Below, one piece after another: positions 1 to 12,148 of a DNA stretch of 64,000 bases; positions within the stretch are counted from its first letter, which is position 1; every line of letters starts with the position of its first letter. The DNA is from Takakia lepidozioides (taxonomy: Eukaryota; Plantae; Bryophyta): positions 37,820,001 to 37,884,000 of the forward strand of contig CM060731.1 of assembly GCA_030704615.1 (NCBI GenBank), written 5' to 3'. The notes beneath the pieces were generated by a model. The model had not been told where the DNA came from and searched no databases. It saw nothing but the letters and a program-made list of their open reading frames with translations. Made by a program: the position numbers and the translations under genes.

Positions 1-27
1 GGGATGCTCACCATGACTGGGTTACAG

Positions 28-887
28 ACTCGGAGGATGAGCCATCTGGAATTGAAATCATTGGGTGCGACGGCGATGAGGACAAGGTAGCTGAAGAGGT
101 TGATGTTGTTTTCAACAATGAGCCGGTACAGAAAGAGTTAAAAACAAAGACGGTTGAATTTCCCGGAGTTAATGCTCCCATACCAGAGAATGGAAATAAA
201 AGCCTATGGAAAGCTCCAACCCATGCCCGTGGTGGTGGTAACCATTTGTTGTCAAGTAGTGTTCATCCCGTCTTGATGAATGGAACAGTAGTACCTCAAT
301 TGGATTCCTTATCTACAACACGGAGTTACCGAGACTGGGGAGCAAATATGCCACATTTTGAAAAGAGCAGTGCTTACAGGTGCGAATATTCTCCTTCAGG
401 AACCCCCAAGAGCATATTAATAGCTAGTCCCGGCACCAGTAGGGGTTTTATTGACAAGGGTGGAAACCTTCCAGCTAATCCGATGTCCGCACGTGGCCTC
501 TCTACTTCAAAGGAAGTTGGATTATCCCGGTCAATTGTGAACGAAAAATTGGCATTTCCTTCTTCACACCATACTCTTTCTGTCTCCTCTCGGAGGTCCC
601 CCATGGGGAGCGTGCACAGTGATGTGTTCCAATCCCCACTATCGGCAGAGAGTCTTATGTCTTCCAAGTTACCTGGTTGGGAGTCACCCTCACCCACCAA
701 TAGGCTGTTTCGGGCTCCACAATCCTACCTGAGCATGCGATCGCCTGTTCGCCACCAGCACCCTTATCCACTCCGGCAATGTGTCTCTCCCACACCACCC
801 AAAGAGGCCTGGACAAAGACTCATGCAGATTTTGCTTCTTTACACTCAAGAGGGTCATCTGGGTCCCACAGCCATCAAGCAAGGTGA
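28..887 (+). CDS. Terminal exon of a ZCCHC8-like (zinc knuckle/PSP domain) protein; the gene starts upstream of the window
   Basis: The frame is open from the window start to TGA at 885-887, with a ttacAG acceptor at 26-27. It translates DSEDEPSGIEIIG...KTVEFPGVNAPIPENG..LW, resembling the recalled motif that follows the PSP domain in plant ZCCHC8 homologues (D-QPSGI-I...VEFPGINAPIPEN). A Ser/Pro-rich tail follows. Confidence 0.55.
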
Positions 888-3378
888 ATGTGTCTGCGTT
901 GTATGTTAGAATGTGTGTTTGAGAGTCAGTTGTCGATAATCCATTGATTGGCCATGTGTGTGTTCATGAAAGGGAGAAAGAGGGGGCAGAGAATTCAATA
1001 GGTGCGAGTTTCCTCCTTACATGGTAGCTGAGGTAGGTTGTGCTTTAGTTGAGCGGTAGTGATAATGTATTTTACATTAATTTGCGCTGATGTCTAATTC
1101 ATGGCACCTCTGTTCGACACTGTACATAGTGGAAAGTAAGGGAAAGAGAGATTCTTGGCAATAAAATGATGTAGTGGTTCAATTTATTGTTCTGGAGAGA
1201 GAGAGAGAGGCAGTGGCATCTAGTGAAGGGGGCCTCTCGGATAAGATGAATTGTAATAGGGAATAAGCCCCTGTCGCGAGCTATTGGATAGTTCAATAGA
1301 TGAAATGATTTCAAACATCCACAGTGCCCCGTGTGAGACAATTGTGCCCAGAGACCCAACTCTATGTGCCTGGAGATCCAGAAAAATGTGCCCGTATGTA
1401 GATAACCTGTAATGCCATATCGCCTACAAGTTTATTACCTAGGTCTTGACCTGTATATTTAATAACTAGTCCACATGCTCATATAGGACACAATGAAGTT
1501 GTGTCTCCTTTGGTATGCAAAAAACCGCTGATTAGTATTTCCAGTATGCTCTCCCTAGCAGAAGCTAGCAGGGGTGTCTCATGTGGAGTGAGGGTACCTG
1601 CTAGGCTGGCAAGGAGTCTTCGAGTTCTGTAAGGCACCCATCTCCGTTTTATTTACTCAACATGGCAGCAATTCTTTTCACAGGAGCAGGGCCCTTCCCA
1701 TGGGAGTTCTCATGTTTTCGACCTTGGGCTAAAGCCCTCTGTCACATGATCCTCAGGAAGTGCCCTTCCCCTATACTTCAAAGAGCAGGAACACAATCGG
1801 GCATTAGTTTTTCGAGAGCTTACAAATTGGGTGAGACTGCCTGTCCCATAATGACGAGGTGATGAATGTTGGAGGTGGATCCCCTTGAATACTTTCGAGG
1901 ATCTAGTGTATGTTGGGGGCACCCTTAAAATAGGTATGCGACACCCTCTATCTCATGCACTTGAACTGGTGAGATTTGTTGGTGGATCTGCGGAAGCAAT
2001 CAAGGGCACTGTCAGTATGGCCATACACCACTGTGTACAGCCATGGAGTAAGTATATGATTCAGAAAACTGGGCGACTAGTCCAGTTGAATGGTGTTCTA
2101 GCAACTCTCCCTCTTTGGTCTGTGGAAAGACTTGGAGTATGCTTCAAATTACTTGACAGTAACTCCCTTTCCTTACTTTCATCTCCTCTGTTACAAAGCA
2201 AGGAGGTCAATGGGGATGGAAATACTTACGCCAGTAAAAGGATCAGCAGTCTCAGTGAATCATTAAACCCTTGAATGAATCGTACTGTCATGTCATTCAA
2301 AATCATACGGTACCTATGGGTGACTGGAAGTATGGCAAAGGATCATCAGCTTAATGGTTTGCCAAAGATTTGAGCGATGAGAAAACTTGCGATCTGATTA
2401 ATTAACATTCCACGACCCCGTCTGCGTTTCCTGTGAAGTTCTCAATCAATGTGCAGTGGTGAAAGGAAGAAGGAAAGAAATGTGAGATGATTGCATACAA
2501 GAGCTCAGAGCATTTGGTTTGTCTTTATTAGCATGTGTAGTTTTGTAATTGATGGAAGGGTGCCATCGAAGATATCTCTTAAACTTGGATATGGGTTCCT
2601 CACCGCGACCCGATTTGTGTAGAAAGTTGAATGACTTAAGAAGAGTTGTGTACCTATTTACACAATCGAAGGGTGGAGATCTCATCACCCTGCCCCCCAT
2701 CATATGCTCTCATGTGCCATCTCTTCTCCCTTCTGGCCTCAGAATTCTATGGTCGAAATACATTGACAAACTGTATCCGCAGTCCTCTCAAGAAGGTTGA
2801 GAGAGAGGAAGGGCCCCCAACCTCGGCTTGTTTATGAGGTAACCAAATTGAACAGGACAAGCCTAACCAAATCAGATGATACTGTTGTAGATGGGAACTT
2901 TGCAAGCGTGTTATCAGTTTGAAAAAACGGTGGCCTTGATAAACAATTCGGAGAAGTTGGCTATCGCCCTGCGTCCCATCCCATCTCGCCTTCTTTGTTC
3001 CTCTCCCTCGTCTCTTTCAGAAGATCTTCAAGAAGTACCAGTGATCTCTGAGGGGTATACTATGGTAAAACCCTCCCAGTTGACTTGCAACCTGGGCAGC
3101 AGCTGCAATATTCTTCACAGTGGAGGGATTGCCAGTGATGGGATATTGGCAGTCCTCCAGATTTGTAGAGCCTGATCACTGTGTGGTGTTACTACTCGTG
3201 AATGCGACCAGCGTAGTGTGGCATTTGTCAGACTTGTTGACAGTCGACTTGGAATGGGAAATCAACAACGGAGCAGATCAACAACGGAGAAGAGAATTTT
3301 GAATTCAGGTCCTATCAAGAGGCCGAAGGTAATCTGACCAAAAGACTGTAATCTGTGGAAGTCGTCGAGCAGTCCAGG

Positions 3379-4125
3379 ATGGCAGAAGAGGTCGGAGCCC
3401 CAATGGCAGAGGTCATAGCCCCAGCAGCAGACGCCCCTGCAGCTCCTCCTGTTCTTCCCACTCCTGAGGTTCCTCCAGAAGGGAACCCATCGGAGGGCGA
3501 GGTTGAAGCTGCTGAAGAGGGAGAGTTGGTCTTCGAAGAGACGGAAGAAGAAAGGATACTAAGGTTACGGAAAGTGAAGTTCCCCATAGACCCGCTCTTA
3601 CAGAAAATATTGCAAGAAACTTTCCCGCTTTTCATTCGGAAAGGACAGAAGAAGAAAACCGAGCTTCATGAAAAGGATGTTGCACCGATGTTGCGGGGAT
3701 TATGCTTCAATCCCACAGACGCACAAGTCGCTGCGATCAAAGTCCTTACAAGGTCAAAGGAGATGCCAGGAACAACAAGAAATCATTTTGACTTTGAGAA
3801 CTTTGAGCAAAGGGTGGCGGAGTTCATATTTTTTGAGCCTAGTGCATTTGTGCGCCACCCTAAACAGAAGATTCTTAAAGCATTGCATCTCCTTTGTGGA
3901 GGCAAACCCACCATGGATCCTCTTGTATTAAAGCAGATCATGATGACTAGGGGAAACTCATTCACCGAGCAAGAGGGCAGCGAAATGCTCCGGGCTGCCC
4001 AGGACAGGGACACTGGCCTTGTTCACTGCGAGGAGTACGCTGCCCTCTTGGCTCAGGACGGCCTACCCCCTCCCCGAGATCCGTATGCACCTATTCAAAT
4101 TCCGTTGAGCGTAGCTGCGAATTGA
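3379..4125 (+). CDS. Intronless calmodulin-like EF-hand protein, DRC8/EFCAB2-like (dynein regulatory complex)
   Basis: 248-aa ORF from ATG 3379 with a Pro/Ala/Glu-rich N-terminus, then a calmodulin-like pattern (MLRGLCFNPTDAQV; MMTRGNSFTEQEGSEMLRAAQDRDTGLVHCEEYAALL) similar to the recalled EFCAB2 C-lobe (MTEEGEPFSQEEMEEMLSAAID...INYKDYI). Confidence 0.65.
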   Translation: MAEEVGAPMAEVIAPAADAPAAPPVLPTPEVPPEGNPSEGEVEAAEEGELVFEETEEERILRLRKVKFPIDPLLQKILQETFPLFIRKGQKKKTELHEKDVAPMLRGLCFNPTDAQVAAIKVLTRSKEMPGTTRNHFDFENFEQRVAEFIFFEPSAFVRHPKQKILKALHLLCGGKPTMDPLVLKQIMMTRGNSFTEQEGSEMLRAAQDRDTGLVHCEEYAALLAQDGLPPPRDPYAPIQIPLSVAAN

Positions 4126-5639
4126 TCGAACGACATATTCTTCTTGAAAATAATTTAGACGCCAACATCGGTGTTTCTCTGTGTGTGCACCTGTCTCACA
4201 GATGTCTTCTACATCTCGCTCTCTTTCAGTCACGACGTTAAGAGATTCTTCTTGCTTTCTATAAAATCTCTAGCAACAAACATTAACTACCTCTGGGGAA
4301 ATCATGGAGAGGGCCACATTAGTACGTGCAAACTGGAGGAAATGCTGCTCAAAACTGAATGTGTTGACAGTTGCACTCTGAGCTTCTTCATAGCTGCTCT
4401 AAGTGAACAGGAGGACTCAAGGAATGAAGAGGCTCAGAATCTAGCCAGCCTGACACTATTTTACTCTGTGTCAAAGTCATACATTCATATCACAGAACTG
4501 GGTTTTGGAAATGGACAGTTTGTCGCCAACACGATGTCTTGACCAGCGACTAATTCCTCACCTTCTTTCCTTTCCTGCCGCAGCTTCAGTGCAACTGTTA
4601 ATACTAGATATTCCTCTGATGATCTCAGATAGTTCTCAAATAGCTTGGGCTCTATCAGGATTAGAGATACGTTTGATTGTCAAATATTTGGGTATCTATC
4701 TGATTGTACTGTATTTTCAAACACTGCTGATTGTAATATATGGTGTATCCGAACCAGGTTTGCCTAGTACTCGGTTTGTATTGCCCTACTCACTAGTGGA
4801 AACACTTGAGGAACTTATACAAGCAGAATCAACAATCCCGGGAAAAAGACCTACCACAATCCAGGAAACTACCAATTTGTTTTCTGAAGAACAGATACAT
4901 ACAGATAACAGTGTCCACTCTCCTTTAGTTGATTCTAGATTTCGAAGGACTTGGGATGCTTATAAGACTAGTAGCAGTGGACGACCTTTTGCTGATCTTG
5001 TAATTTTCTTTGAAGCATCATGACTCTTCTTCAGTTTTGATCTGGTTCGATCACCTATAGACGCTTCTGCTCTTATAATAGCTTCTATTTGTTCTTTAGA
5101 AAACAATTAGAAGTTCCTTAGGTTGTTGTATAAGGTGGGAATTGTTGAGTTTGCTTGCTGGTTCCTTCACCTTTTTACTTTCACCACTTCTCTCTCTTGC
5201 ACTACTCTACCCTGTTCTTGCTGATGGTGTCTTTGTTTGTGTGACAACGGGTTGGTAATATCATGCGGCAAAATTAGTGTCTGAACTGAACGTCTGAACT
5301 AAGCATTAGAACTACCCAACTTATCTGTGCCTCATTCGTATATGTCTGAAAACCTGACTTGGCTGATTCCAAATATCAATACCTAATTAAGCGAGCTTCT
5401 AGATGAACTAAGTTGATCTGGGGATTGTATTTGGGTTGGATTGTTCTGGGTTTTTAGACAATGTTGTATTACATATGGAGAAATGTATTTGTTGGCAAGG
5501 TAAGCCACAATGCAGAGATCAGATGCCCAGTGCATGCATCTCTTTCTCTCTCTCTCTTTGTTTCCTGATCGTCGTGCTATTCAACTTCTCCCCTGACCTC
5601 TTCTCTTGCCCTCACTCATGATTCTGTGTTGCTTGCATA

Positions 5640-8600
5640 ATGACTGTTCAAGTCGAAAGCCAGTTTCTCTCTTTTTCAGACTGTATTGCTGTATGGCGGC
5701 CACGCCCGACATGCAAGCAGTCGTTGAAAACTATCCCCCTAAGTTTTCCTCGGTGCCAAGTGGATGACAAAGTTTCTTTGGATGCGAAGACTCTACACCA
5801 CATGCGGAAAAAGGAGGAGTGGAAGAGGAAGAGGAAAGCCAGAAAGGAGAAGAAGTTAGCAGAACTTGCTGAAGAGAATAGACTAAACAAAAGATCGAGT
5901 GATGATGAGGCAGTTCATGGCGTATGCAAACCACTGAGGAACTTGGGTTTATCAGCTTCTCGAAGTTTCGCAGACTTGAAAAGTTCATCAAAGGAAGAAA
6001 CTAAGCTCAGAGTATATAGTGGAAGGGCGAATACTGCGATCAAGTCAAGGCCAAATGACAAAGCTTTGGTTTTGAGTAAATTTGAGGAGGAGTTTGCTAA
6101 GAGAATCAAGAATGCGGTTATGCTCGCAAAGGCTGGTAGTGTCACTTCGAGGGGTCACTTCGAGAAAGAGAAAGATTCAAATGCTCGCAGGGAGGAGGGT
6201 ATCGTCAGGTTCACAGGAAACTGGGAGGGTATAGTAGAGAGACCTAAAGAGGGGTGTAAAGTTCCCAATGGCGTTTTCTTGATGGGTGGGGAGGAAGAGA
6301 AAGATGCGAATGCTGACAGGAATGAGGCTAGTTTAGGGTCTGCAGGCAAATGGGATGGTATAGCAGAATCCGAGGAGGGTTGTAAAGTGTCCGATGGTGT
6401 CAATTCGATGGGTGGTGAGAGAAAGAAAGATACAAATGCTCACAGGGGTGATGCGAATTTAGGGTTTACAGGTACCTGGGAGGGTGTACTAGAGAAATTT
6501 GAGGAGGGGTGTGAAGTTCCGGATAATGTCAGTTTGATGAATGGTGAGAGGAAGAAAGATACAAATGTTCACATGGGTGAGGCGAATTTAGGGCTTACAG
6601 GCACTTGGGAGGGTATACTAGAGAGATCTGAGGAGGGATGTAAAGTCCTGGATAGTGTCAGTTTGATGGATGGTGCGGAAGTGAAAGATTCAAAGGCTCC
6701 AAGGGATGAGGATAATTTTAGGTTTACAGTAGTAGAGCGGTATGAGGAGGGGTGTAAAGTCCTAGATAGTGTCAGGTTGAAGGGTGCTGCTGAAGAGAAA
6801 GATTCAAGTGCTCCCAGGGATGAGGCTAAATTAGGGTTTACAGGCAACTGGGAGGGTATAGTAGAGAGTTCTGAGGAGCGGTGTGCAGTCACGGATACTT
6901 TCAGTTTGATGGGTGGTGCGGTTGTGAAGGATTCAAATCCTCAAAGGGATGAGGCTGACTTAAGGTTTACAGCAGTAGAGACATCTGAGGAGGGATATAA
7001 AGTTTCCGATAGTGTCAGCTGGATATGTGGTGATGAAGAGACAGGTTCAAATGATCACAGGGATGAGGCTAAATTAAGGTTTACAGGCAACCCAGAGGAT
7101 GTAGTGGAGAGATCTGCGGAGGGATATAGAGTTCCAGACAGTCTCACTTCAATGTGTGGTGAGGAAGAGAAAGATTCAAACGATCACAAGGATGATTCTA
7201 AATTAGGGTGTACAGGCAACTGGAATGATCTATCAGAGATTTCTGAGGAAAAATTTCCTAAAGTTTCTAGCAAAATGGTTCCCAAGAGGAAAGTCAAAGA
7301 CATTGCAAGACGTATCTTAGCTCAAAGAAGGGATAAGCCCCTATCGCAATTACTCGATGTTGAAGCAGATCAATTGAGCTCAGATGCACAGAGCATTTTG
7401 GAGGTCTTGCGGGATGATGTGGAGCATGAAGTGTGGCGGTCACCTGTTGATGAGGATGAGCAGCTTGAGTGGATAACAAATCAGTACGTTCCTTAATCTG
7501 TCTCTCTCTACCATGACACACTGGTATTGGCCACAAGGCTACGGCAAACAACGTCTTATGAGTACATTCTGTCTGTCTCTACCCTTCTCCCATGAAAGTG
7601 TGTTCATTTCGTGCCTTTACATGCACGGGTCTTAAACTCTGTGAAGGCTAGTTGTTTACAGAGGGGTTTATGCTAGCAGGTTGGACCAGGTGGGCATAAT
7701 GCGCCGAATACTCCTTTCGCGCCTCATGCACAGTGCTCGTATCAAGTGGACTGAGGGTCGCCTTCTGCAGCTTGTGCAAATGCTTGGGAGTCGGGGCAAC
7801 TGGCGGCGTGCCATGCAAGTTGTCCACTGGGTGCATAGCCGTGTCCATTTCCAGAATTGCCAAAGCAGGTTTATATAGCCTTGCTGGGCCGAGTGTTGCC
7901 CCGCATCAACCTCCTCCCTTCTCTGTTGTGTGCAAACTCAGCATTGGGTATCTGTTATGAGTCTATGAATATAGCTCTTCAAGCTCCTGTTCTGAGGCTG
8001 CAACCTTAGATCTGAGCCATGTGTACATAACCATTTTGTATTGACATGTTTTTATCAGGTTGTTTAAATGACATCCCCGACCAGTGACTATAGGCCACAG
8101 TTCAGAAATCACTGAAGTTTATCTTTGTGAAATGACTAGAATTGTAGGTCTAGAGTATGTGGGAGCCTCTTGTGCAAGTGAATCAACGCATAAGGATAAA
8201 TTGTTGTCAGGTCACAATTTTGGGTATGATGAACGGAAGCTTGAAGATTTACAACTTGCAAAAGGCAACTTGTCACAGGGAATTCCAAACACAGATTGTG
8301 CACTACCATGTCAACCATGTGGAAGATCTAGTGGAACTGAGGTCAAGGGTATTAATGGAAAATCATGCCTAGACTGACTGTATGTGGATGGTGCCTACAG
8401 TAGGATTCATACTCATTATCATCATGAATAAAATGGTGCCACGAACTAATGGAAGAATGGGTTGCTGTGGTTTTGGTCATGAACAATCAACGGCTGTCTT
8501 GACTCCAGCCCATGTTGTCCTGCTGAATTGTGGACTTGTGGTGATTGAGTGTGGCAGGCATGTCTATACGACATTGCTGAGTGTGCTTGGGAAGTGTCGA

Positions 8601-11600
8601 CGGCCAGTGGAGGCGCTGAATGTGTTCAATGTCATGCGTGTGTGTACTACTTAGCCAGTTGTGGGCTCTTTGCTTCTGCATCGTCCAATCTCATCTATGT
8701 CTCCCGAGCAGTCTCTGACTGGCAATTGTCTTTCCCTTCTGAAAACTGTGCATCAAATTTAGAGAGTCCAATTCCTTTGTTCTTCTGATGTGTCCACTTC
8801 TTCCTATGGTACTACTGTAGAAGTCAATGATTTTTTAGGTGTTATTGACTCCGAATGAAAAGCTGATAGCAACTACAGCGATGTATCCTAGCATCAATAA
8901 GCTTCAAGATATGTCCTTTGATGTAGTGACTTCAGTTTGCCTCTCCAGGCTAGAGTGGTAGTTGCTGTCTAAATCTAGCAATGCTGAATATGAATATTCA
9001 CTGTTGTATTTGGCAGGAAGCATATTCGACATACCCTGATATGCCAGCATATCACTGCATAGCTGTGACACTTGGCCAGGCAGGCCATCTGAGGGAGCTG
9101 TTAGAGTTAATGGATGTCTTACAAGCAGTGCCAAATAAGAAACATATCAGCGGATTCAAGACAACACTCAACTGGGATGGTCGGCTCTACCCCGACATAG
9201 TGGTGTACAATGCTGTATGTCATGGTTCTCACTTTTGCTGGCTAACAGTATAGCAAATATCTAGATTCTTCCCCTCATATGAAGCATACCCAGAGGAAAC
9301 TAGTAGCAAAGTTTTCCAGCAGAAGGGAAGTTTATCAAAGCATACCTAGGTTCTGAGAAAGGTGTGGTAGCATGGATGCAGGTGATAAATGCATGTGTGC
9401 CAGAAAAGCAATGGGAGGGGACTCTATGGGTATTGAAGCAAATGCGTTTCAAGGGGTTAGCACCTAATTCTGCCACATTGGGTCTTTGCATTGAGGTATT
9501 TTCTGCCCAAGTTCCCAGGAACCAGCTTAAATTTCCCCTTAAAATGAACGTTGTTTTTATTTGATCTTTGTTGTTGATTGTGAAGGTGATGGTAAAATCG
9601 GGGCAGATAGACAAGGCATGGAAGTTGTATGATCGCATGGAGAGAGGGGGCTATCAAGCTAATGCTCTCACTTTCAAAGGTGCCCCCTCCTTTCTTCCCC
9701 CCTCTCATTGAAGGATGTGGAGTATGTGGCCACAAGGCTCCTGGTAGCTGGAATGTTGTGGCACTGATCATGTTGGAAGTTGAGTTCTACTCCTGGTGAA
9801 TTACGACCCTGCAACTCCAATCCTCGATGGACCCCTGGATGATTGCACAATATCTCTATTATGTCTGTTTGTATTGTGCTCATTCAGAGGGTATATCTTT
9901 ACTGGAAAAGAATCAATTGTTGCAGTAGTCATTCAGTTGCATCACCGAGTGCCCTATGTCTTAGGAAGCAGGATATGTGACTCCTATGACCTCACCATTG
10001 TTGCTAAACTTGCCTGGGCAAAACTCTGTGCAGAATTCGAGAGGAACCCGCCCTAGTTTTCTCCTCCTGAAATTAATGTCAGCTGATCAATCTAGAGATG
10101 AAGTATTAGTGGCAATTGTGGGTGGCAGCACTAGTTGAGGCACTCGGAACAGCTGGAGAAACAGACAAAGCTGCGGAGATGGTGCAAGACATGGAGCAGC
10201 GTGGGGTGATGGGATGTGCCAGTGTGTACTATGCATTGGCTTGTACTCTCTGTGCTGCAGGACGCTTGTCTGACGCCCTCCTTCAGGTATGTAACATGCA
10301 ATTCCACCCCAATGTATAAGATATTCAACTGGGTTCTCATACTCCACCGGGATTCCAAGGATTTGGGTCAAGGAACCTCATCATCTCCTAATGGTCTTGA
10401 ACCTGGTGATTAAGTAGTCTTAATCTTGTTGTGACCGCTTCCCCAGGTCCTTTGATCTTGTTAGGATTGGACTTACTATGCTCAATGAAGTTGATATCCA
10501 TGGACGAAACTATTCTCATGGCTTATGGATACTTGTGATGGGACAAAGTCCCTTCTCGTTCGGATACATTGCTGAGCTGGTTCCATTGGTGGATCTGGTT
10601 GATTCGACGCCAGGTAGGGAAACTGTCAAGCCTTCCCTCAAAGAAGCCTGAGGTAGTAACCTACACCGGACTGATTCGAGCGTGTGAGCAAGCAGGGCGC
10701 TGGCAAGATGCCATAACTATTTTTAAGCGAATGCAATACGTGTGTGCCCCAAATATATGCACCTATAATATTATGATTGCTCTTTACGGTCGCCACCGTC
10801 TGTTTGAGGAAGCTGAAGCGATTTTTGAAGGGGTGAAGAAGGGGAGGCTTGGTCCACGAAAATTGTATCAGGGCACTCATAGGCTCGTGCCAGATGTGTT
10901 TACATATCAGTCTATGCTGGGTGCTTGCTCAGCATGTGAGCAATGGGACCACTTTGATACCGTGTTTCATGAGATGATAGTCCGTGGGTTTCAGCTCGAC
11001 TCCCGGCGCCATGCCTGGCTACTGGTACCCCTTGTTAAGGCAGGAGAGGTACGTTTTGTTTCCGAGCAAACATGTATCAGAGGTTGTGGTTACGCTCTTT
11101 GTTTGCCTCTCGCTCTCTCTCTCTCTCATTCATAGTGGAGGTCTGGAAAAGTGCTTAGAATCACGAACTCATTCTTGTTAGCTATATGGCTTTCCGTCAG
11201 ACATACAGACACATGCGGTTGGATTTGTTTCCTCCCTCTGTTGAGCTTTCAGAAAATCTCTTGTTGGAATCAGGCCATGACAAGCATGCTCCAACTCAGT
11301 ACTCTCTGTCTCTTTGTGTCTCTCTGATTTGATAGGGCTACTAAAGATCCGACTCCTGCCTATCTCAGCCATAAACAGCAGAGTTTTCTTTCTGGTTATG
11401 TAGATGCTACTAGTATCATGTAATTAGGCTCTTCCATGCTCCTCAGGTTGCTTTGTCACTTTGTTCATTGACTCATTGTGGGGATGAGCTGCTGCAGACA
11501 CATCTAGTGAAACAGATGGTCAGTCATTTAAGAAGTTTTGATGGATCCCCCAGTGCGGATCTCTATCGTGCAGTCATAACCGCATGCCAAACCACGGGAC

Positions 11601-12148
11601 AGTATGGCAAGGTGTTAAGGTACCTAGAGGACTTAATCAAGCTGGGTGTACCCCTCAACACTCCAGAATGGTACACCGTCTTTGGTACAGCCCTCAAGCG
11701 GCTCCCTGTAGGGTATGTGGAAACTTTCATCGGCAGGTTGTCCAAGGAGGTGTGTGGCAAGACAGTTATCACTGATGTAGTTCGCTCTTTAGTAGCTGTG
11801 GGAGCTGTGTCTGAAGCAGAGAGGTGGGTCCATGAATTTGGGCTCGAAGATGACACAATTCCTGGCCTTAAGGAAAACTCCGTTGAACCAAGACTATTGC
11901 CACAAGACCAGAGTGTGGCTGAGTCTTGCATGGGTGGTGGAGATAGCTCTGTTGTGGACTCTGCTTCAGAGAGGGAAGATGAGGTTGAGAATTCTCCCCA
12001 TTCCAAGAGTTCAGGTGCCAGTTCAACATGCTTTGGGGATACAAAGGGGCAAGAGTTGTGGCAAGAGTTGTTGCAAGAGACAAAGGAGAAAGTGTTTTGG
12101 GGCTCTAGAATACACGGGTGGGAGTCAGGGTGGAAAGGTTCAGGCTAG
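5640..12148 (+). CDS. P-class plastid pentatricopeptide repeat protein, DG1 / EMB2279(SOT5) family, 9 exons
   Basis: GT-AG exons splice in frame: 5640-7483, 7680-7868, 8558-8639, 9017-9214, 9382-9495, 9586-9679, 10129-10286, 10614-11048, 11498-12148. Family motifs: LGSRGNWRRAMQVV, YTTLLSVLGKCRRPVEALNVF, YPDMPAYHCIAVTLGQAG, WDGRLYPDIVVYNAVINAC..KQWEG, KPEVVTYTGLI. The exact start codon is uncertain. Confidence 0.88.
6168..7235 (+). repeat. Coding tandem repeat, about 8.5 units of 129/126/114 bp (43/42/38 aa)
   Basis: A recurring unit like EKDSNAHRDEANLGFTGNWEGIVERSEEGCKVPDSVSLMGGEE is visible in both protein and DNA (e.g. repeated ggtttacagg.a.ctgggagggtata and gaggaggggtgtaaagt). Confidence 0.95.
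7528..7566 (+). mobile_element. 39-bp copy of the 3' terminus of the LINE at 47027-49667, inside PPR intron 1
   Basis: tggccacaaggctacggcaaacaacgtcttatgagtaca is the exact reverse complement of 47030-47068. Confidence 0.85.

Noticed and set aside
4505-5246. Possible solo LTR or retroelement relic (TGTC...TGACA; 172-aa ORF)
   Set aside because: No matching TSD, no second copy in the window and no recognisable protein motif.
6168-7235. Regularly spaced repeats as a possible CRISPR-like array
   Set aside because: The whole unit is repeated and diverged with no unique spacers, it is in-frame coding sequence in a eukaryotic gene, and no cas genes are present.
9727-9739. 13-bp match (tggccacaaggct) to the LINE 3' end in another PPR intron
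   Set aside because: Too short, and it lacks the terminal part expected of a retrotransposed 3' end; compatible with chance.
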